Below are positions 59,146 through 64,000 of a DNA stretch of 64,000 nt, piece by piece. The notes beneath the pieces are model-generated. The model did not search any database and had not been told where the DNA came from. It was given only the letters and a program-made list of their open reading frames with translations. Each line of letters begins with the position of its first letter. Within the stretch, counting starts at the first letter, position 1. Made by a program: the position numbers and the translations under genes. Source of the DNA: Escherichia phage ZCEC14. Where the stretch lies: the sequence record OP168898.1; one strand, written 5' to 3'.

Positions 59146-59322
59146 ATGCCAATGTATGATTATAAATGCCAATCTGAAGATTGCGGGCATGAATATGAAA
59201 AAATTAAAAAGATTTCTGAACGAGAAAATGATGTTTGCCCTAAATGTCATCGTTTGTCTACTCGTCGGCCTTCTGCTCCTAAGCATGTGAATGGTGGATT
59301 TTACGACTTACTTAAAGGGTGA
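59146..59322 (+). CDS. zinc-ribbon small protein, FmdB-like (not in ORF track)
   Basis: 58 aa; MPMYDYKCQSEDCGHEYE...CPKCH two CxxC pairs. Confidence 0.45.
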   Translation: MPMYDYKCQSEDCGHEYEKIKKISERENDVCPKCHRLSTRRPSAPKHVNGGFYDLLKG

Positions 59323-59324
59323 TT

Positions 59325-59696
59325 ATGTTTAAAATCGGTAAGAAATATCGTGTTCGCGAAGGTGAAGAAAAGAAATATCTACTTTCTTCTATTTATAGGA
59401 ATGGTTCTATTAATGCCGTAATATCTTCAAGCGAATTTATCGTTGAAGATATGAAAGGCCATAATGTTACAATGATTAGTACAGCATCTGGAAATGATGG
59501 AAAAATTCTTCACAGTTTTCAGAGTAATGTTCTAATTTATGATGAAGAATTTGACTTCTTCGAAGAAGTTCCTGAAGATTTTGATTTTGAATGCACTATC
59601 ACTATGAAATCTGGCGACCCTATTTCTTTTACAGTTAAAGATGAAAGAAGTCGCTTGAGAATTATTAGTCTTCTTCAAGCCATTAAATTTAAGTGA
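59325..59696 (+). CDS. hypothetical protein
   Basis: 123 aa from ATG 59325. Confidence 0.45.
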   Translation: MFKIGKKYRVREGEEKKYLLSSIYRNGSINAVISSSEFIVEDMKGHNVTMISTASGNDGKILHSFQSNVLIYDEEFDFFEEVPEDFDFECTITMKSGDPISFTVKDERSRLRIISLLQAIKFK

Positions 59697-59701
59697 AAAT
59701 T

Positions 59702-59962
59702 ATGAAATATGTTAATCGTTCTATCGCGGCATTAGTATTAGCAGTATCTTTAGTAGGATGTACTGATGCTGATAATGCAACTAAAGTTTTGTCTTCAAGT
59801 GGTTTTACTAATATTGAAATCACTGGATATAACTGGTTCGGTTGCTCTGAAAATGATTTCCAACATACTGGATTTCGTGCTATTGGACCTACTGGGCAGA
59901 AAGTAGAAGGAACGGTATGTTCTGGTCTATTCTTCAAGGATTCGACTATCCGTTTTAAATAA
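59702..59962 (+). CDS. putative lipoprotein
   Basis: 86 aa from ATG 59702; signal peptide with lipobox LVGC. Confidence 0.5.
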   Translation: MKYVNRSIAALVLAVSLVGCTDADNATKVLSSSGFTNIEITGYNWFGCSENDFQHTGFRAIGPTGQKVEGTVCSGLFFKDSTIRFK

Positions 59963-59985
59963 AAGGCCTTCGGGCCTTTAGCTTT
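59963..59985 (+). terminator. intrinsic terminator, TTCG loop
   Basis: AGGCC-TTCG-GGCCT followed by TT. Confidence 0.6.
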
Positions 59986-60031
59986 ATGATTGCCGGAGTA
60001 TAATATTCCCGAAACCAAACGAGGATAAGTG

Positions 60032-61849
60032 ATGATTAAGAATGAAATTAAAATTCTGAGCGATATTGAACATATCAAAAAGCGTAGCGGCATGTACATT
60101 GGCTCTTCAGCTAATGAAATGCATGAGCGCTTTCTGTTTGGTAAATGGGAAAGTGTTCAGTATGTACCTGGTCTTGTTAAGCTTATTGATGAAATTATCG
60201 ATAACTCAGTAGATGAAGGTATTCGTACTAAGTTTAAATTCGCAAATAAAATTAATGTTACTATCAAAAACAATCAAGTAACAGTTGAAGATAACGGTCG
60301 TGGTATTCCACAAGCGATGGTTAAAACACCTACCGGTGAAGAAATTCCTGGTCCTGTTGCTGCGTGGACTATTCCAAAAGCAGGTGGTAACTTTGGTGAT
60401 GATAAAGAACGCGTCACTGGCGGTATGAATGGTGTTGGTTCTAGTTTGACAAACATTTTTTCTGTGATGTTTGTTGGTGAAACTGGCGACGGTGAAAATA
60501 ATATTGTAGTTCGTTGTTCAAATGGCATGGAAAATAAATCATGGGAAGATATTCCTGGAAAATGGAAAGGAACCCGTGTTACTTTCATTCCTGATTTTAT
60601 GTCATTTGAAACTAATGAGCTGTCCCAAGTTTATCTTGACATTACACTAGATCGTCTCCAGACACTTGCTGTTGTTTATCCTGATATTCAATTTACCTTT
60701 AATGGTAAAAAGGTTCAGGGCAATTTTAAGAAATATGCACGCCAATATGATGAGCATGCTATCGTTCAAGAACAAGAAAATTGTTCTATTGCGGTTGGTC
60801 GTTCACCGGATGGTTTTCGTCAATTAACATACGTGAATAACATTCATACTAAGAATGGTGGCCATCACATTGACTGCGTTATGGATGATATTTGTGAAGA
60901 CCTTATTCCACAAATCAAACGTAAGTTCAAAATTGATGTAACTAAAGCACGCGTTAAAGAATGTTTGACTATCGTTATGTTTGTTCGTGATATGAAAAAC
61001 ATGCGATTTGATTCTCAAACTAAAGAGCGTTTGACTTCTCCATTTGGCGAAATTCGTAGTCATATTCAACTTGATGCTAAAAAGATTTCACGTGCTATTC
61101 TAAATAATGAAGCGATTTTGATGCCGATTATTGAAGCTGCTTTGGCTCGTAAATTGGCGGCAGAAAAAGCAGCAGAAACTAAAGCAGCTAAAAAGGCTTC
61201 TAAAGCTAAGGTTCATAAACATATTAAAGCGAATCTTTGTGGTAAAGATGCTGATACTACTCTTTTCTTGACTGAGGGTGATTCTGCTATCGGATATCTT
61301 ATTGATGTTCGTGATAAAGAACTTCACGGTGGTTATCCATTGCGTGGTAAAGTTCTTAATAGCTGGGGTATGTCTTATGCCGATATGCTTAAAAACAAAG
61401 AACTGTTTGATATTTGCGCAATCACTGGATTAGTTCTTGGTGAAAAAGCCGAAAACTTGAATTATCATAATATTGCAATTATGACTGATGCTGACCATGA
61501 TGGTCTAGGAAGCATTTATCCTTCTCTGCTCGGATTTTTTAGTAATTGGCCAGAACTGTTTGAACAAGGAAGAATTCGTTTTGTCAAAACTCCTGTAATC
61601 ATCGCTCAGGTCGGTAAAAAACAAGAATGGTTTTATACAGTCGCTGAATATGAGAGTGCCAAAGATGCTCTACCTAAACATAGCATCCGTTATATTAAGG
61701 GACTTGGCTCTTTGGAAAAATCTGAATATCGTGAGATGATTCAAAACCCAGTATATGATGTTGTTAAACTTCCTGAGAACTGGAAAGAGCTTTTTGAAAT
61801 GCTCATGGGAGATAATGCTGACCTTCGTAAAGAATGGATGAGCCAGTAG
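60032..61849 (+). CDS. 39: DNA topoisomerase II large (ATPase, GyrB-like) subunit, uninterrupted
   Basis: 605 aa from ATG 60032; GHKL ATPase and TOPRIM in one ORF, no split into 39 and 60. Confidence 0.9.
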   Translation: MIKNEIKILSDIEHIKKRSGMYIGSSANEMHERFLFGKWESVQYVPGLVKLIDEIIDNSVDEGIRTKFKFANKINVTIKNNQVTVEDNGRGIPQAMVKTPTGEEIPGPVAAWTIPKAGGNFGDDKERVTGGMNGVGSSLTNIFSVMFVGETGDGENNIVVRCSNGMENKSWEDIPGKWKGTRVTFIPDFMSFETNELSQVYLDITLDRLQTLAVVYPDIQFTFNGKKVQGNFKKYARQYDEHAIVQEQENCSIAVGRSPDGFRQLTYVNNIHTKNGGHHIDCVMDDICEDLIPQIKRKFKIDVTKARVKECLTIVMFVRDMKNMRFDSQTKERLTSPFGEIRSHIQLDAKKISRAILNNEAILMPIIEAALARKLAAEKAAETKAAKKASKAKVHKHIKANLCGKDADTTLFLTEGDSAIGYLIDVRDKELHGGYPLRGKVLNSWGMSYADMLKNKELFDICAITGLVLGEKAENLNYHNIAIMTDADHDGLGSIYPSLLGFFSNWPELFEQGRIRFVKTPVIIAQVGKKQEWFYTVAEYESAKDALPKHSIRYIKGLGSLEKSEYREMIQNPVYDVVKLPENWKELFEMLMGDNADLRKEWMSQ

Positions 61850-61878
61850 TTTACTTTACCACAAGGATGTGGTAAAAT
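61849..61878 (+). promoter_or_regulatory. T4-type early promoter
   Basis: GTTTAC 61849-61854, -10 TAAAAT 61873-61878; CCACAAGGATGTGG element. Confidence 0.6.
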
Positions 61879-61903
61879 TAATTGGGCAAATGAGGATATT
61901 GAA

Positions 61904-62107
61904 ATGAAATCATACAAAGTAAATTTAGAACTTTTTGATAAAGCAGTTCATCGAGAATATAGAATCATTCAACGCTTTTTCGATATGGGAGAAGCCGAAG
62001 AGTTTAAAAACCGCTTTAAGGATATTAGAGATAAAATTCAATCCGATACCGCAACTAAAGATGAACTACTAGAAGTTGCTGAAGTTATTAAACGCAATAT
62101 GAATTAA
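61904..62107 (+). CDS. hypothetical small protein (rIIA.1 position)
   Basis: 67 aa. Confidence 0.45.
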   Translation: MKSYKVNLELFDKAVHREYRIIQRFFDMGEAEEFKNRFKDIRDKIQSDTATKDELLEVAEVIKRNMN

Positions 62108-62117
62108 TGAGGAAATT

Positions 62118-64000
62118 ATGATTATCACCACTGAAAAAGAAACAATTCTTGGTAATGGTTCTAAATCAAAAGCATTTAGCATCACAGCATCTCCTAAAGT
62201 ATTCAAAATTCTGTCATCTGATTTGTATACAAACAAGATTCGCGCAGTAGTCCGTGAATTGATTACTAACATGATTGATGCCCATGCTCTCAATGGAAAT
62301 CCTGAAAAATTTATCATTCAAGTTCCAGGACGATTAGATCCTCGATTTGTTTGTCGAGATTTTGGTCCAGGTATGAGCGATTTTGATATTCAGGGTGATG
62401 ATAATTCTCCTGGGTTGTATAATTCATACTTTAGTTCATCTAAGGCTGAATCTAACGATTTCATTGGTGGATTTGGTTTAGGTTCTAAATCTCCGTTTAG
62501 TTATACTGATACATTTAGTATTACTTCATATCATAAAGGCGAAATTCGTGGTTATGTAGCTTACATGGATGGTGATGGCCCACAGATTAAACCTACATTC
62601 GTAAAAGAAATGGGTCCAGATGATAAAACTGGTATTGAAATCGTAGTTCCAGTTGAAGAAAAAGACTTTAGAAACTTTGCTTATGAAGTTTCTTATATCA
62701 TGCGGCCGTTCAAAGATTTGGCTATCATTAATGGTCTTGACCGCGAAATTGATTATTTTCCGGATTTCGATGACTATTACGGCGTAAATCCAGAAAGATA
62801 CTGGCCTGATCGTGGTGGATTATATGCTATCTATGGCGGTATTGTTTATCCTATTGATGGTGTTATTAGAGACCGTAACTGGTTAAGCATTCGCAATGAA
62901 GTGAATTATATTAAGTTTCCAATGGGTTCACTTGATATTGCTCCATCACGTGAAGCTCTTTCATTAGATGATCGTACTCGTAAAAATATTATTGAGCGTG
63001 TTAAAGAACTCAGTGAGAAGGCATTCAATGAAGATGTAAAACGATTTAAAGAATCTACATCTCCTCGTCATACATACCGTGAATTGATGAAGATGGGATA
63101 TTCTGCTCGAGATTATATGATTAGTAATTCAGTCAAATTTACGACTAAAAATCTGTCATATAAGAAGATGCAAAGCATGTTTGAACCTGACAGTAAGTTA
63201 TGCAATGCAGGGGTTGTATATGAAGTAAATCTTGACCCTCGGCTGAAACGCATTAAGCAAAGCCATGAAACTTCAGCCGTTGCATCAAGTTATCGTCTGT
63301 TTGGTATTAATACAACAAAAATTAATATCGTTATTGATGATATTAAAAATCGTGTTAATATTGTTCGTGGATTAGCACATGCGTTAGATGATAGTGAATT
63401 TAATAACACTTTGAATATTCATCACAATGAGCGTCTTCTGTTTATTAATCCAGAAGTAGAATCGCAGATTGATTTACTCCCTGATATTATGGCGATGTTT
63501 GAAAGTGATGAAGTTAACATTCATTATTTGTCAGAAATTGAAGCTTTAGTTAAAAGCTATATTCCAAAGGTAGTTAAAAGTAAAGCTCCTCGTCCTAAAG
63601 CTGCTACAGCATTTAAGTTTGAAATTAAAGACGGGCGGTGGGAAAAAGAGGAATTATTTACGCTCACATCAGAAGCAGATGAAATTACTGGGTATGTAGC
63701 GTATATGCATCGTTCTGATATTTTCTCTATGGATGGTACTACATCTCTTTGTCATCCATCTATGAATATTTTGATTCGTATGGCTAATCTTATTGGCATT
63801 AATGAATTTTATGTTATTCGTCCGCTTTTACAGAAAAAGGTAAAAGAACTCGGTCAGTGCCAATGTATTTTTGAAGCTTTGCGTGATTTATATGTAGATG
63901 CTTTTGATGATGTAGATTATGATAAGTATGTAGGTTATTCAAGTTCAGCTAAACGATATATTGATAAAATTATCAAGTATCCTGAGTTAGATTTTATGAT
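62118..64000 (+). CDS. rIIA: rIIA, partial (3' end beyond window)
   Basis: ATG 62118 with SD GAGGAAA; open to window end (about 627 codons); [20 protein letters not shown] matches T4 RIIA. Confidence 0.85.
   Translation, partial: MIITTEKETILGNGSKSKAFSITASPKVFKILSSDLYTNKIRAVVRELITNMIDAHALNGNPEKFIIQVPGRLDPRFVCRDFGPGMSDFDIQGDDNSPGLYNSYFSSSKAESNDFIGGFGLGSKSPFSYTDTFSITSYHKGEIRGYVAYMDGDGPQIKPTFVKEMGPDDKTGIEIVVPVEEKDFRNFAYEVSYIMRPFKDLAIINGLDREIDYFPDFDDYYGVNPERYWPDRGGLYAIYGGIVYPIDGVIRDRNWLSIRNEVNYIKFPMGSLDIAPSREALSLDDRTRKNIIERVKELSEKAFNEDVKRFKESTSPRHTYRELMKMGYSARDYMISNSVKFTTKNLSYKKMQSMFEPDSKLCNAGVVYEVNLDPRLKRIKQSHETSAVASSYRLFGINTTKINIVIDDIKNRVNIVRGLAHALDDSEFNNTLNIHHNERLLFINPEVESQIDLLPDIMAMFESDEVNIHYLSEIEALVKSYIPKVVKSKAPRPKAATAFKFEIKDGRWEKEELFTLTSEADEITGYVAYMHRSDIFSMDGTTSLCHPSMNILIRMANLIGINEFYVIRPLLQKKVKELGQCQCIFEALRDLYVDAFDDVDYDKYVGYSSSAKRYIDKIIKYPELDFM

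Overview
This 64 kb window reads as one strand of a T4-like (T-even, Tevenvirinae) Escherichia phage genome: the early/middle-gene arm running from the gene upstream of lysozyme (e) through rIIA, all transcribed left to right on the + strand, i.e. the reverse complement of the conventional T4 map. Calls rest on protein motifs I recognise from T4 and on gene order; no search could be run, so T4 names for small ORFs are synteny-based guesses. Recognisable genes in order: e, ipIII, ipII, denV, regB, tk, rI, nrdC, 49, nrdD, nrdG, 55, alpha-gt, 47, 46, rpbA, 45, 44, 62, regA, 43, imm, 42, a glycosyltransferase in the beta-gt slot, uvsX, 40, 41, dmd, sp, 61, 56, soc, modB, modA, srd, dda, dexA, 39 and the 5' part of rIIA, interspersed with about 70 small early ORFs. 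The window carries at least 21 early promoters of the GTTTAC / TAnnnT type, several inside hairpin repeats, and about 10 intrinsic terminators that nearly all have a TTCG loop. I found no tRNA, rRNA, CRISPR array, intron or homing-endonuclease ORF. The genome looks T2/T6-like rather than T4 itself: gene 39 is one uninterrupted 605-codon ORF, nrdD is uninterrupted, and the beta-gt position holds an unrelated 280-aa protein. I did not find a clearly novel multi-gene system; the most unusual loci are listed in the findings, led by a duplicated promoter-denV 5' module around the internal-protein genes, a half-host-like GrcA gene, a macro-domain ORF, a nucleotidyltransferase/AAA+ early cluster, a four-gene paralog array and an nrdH-like gene without an obvious start codon.
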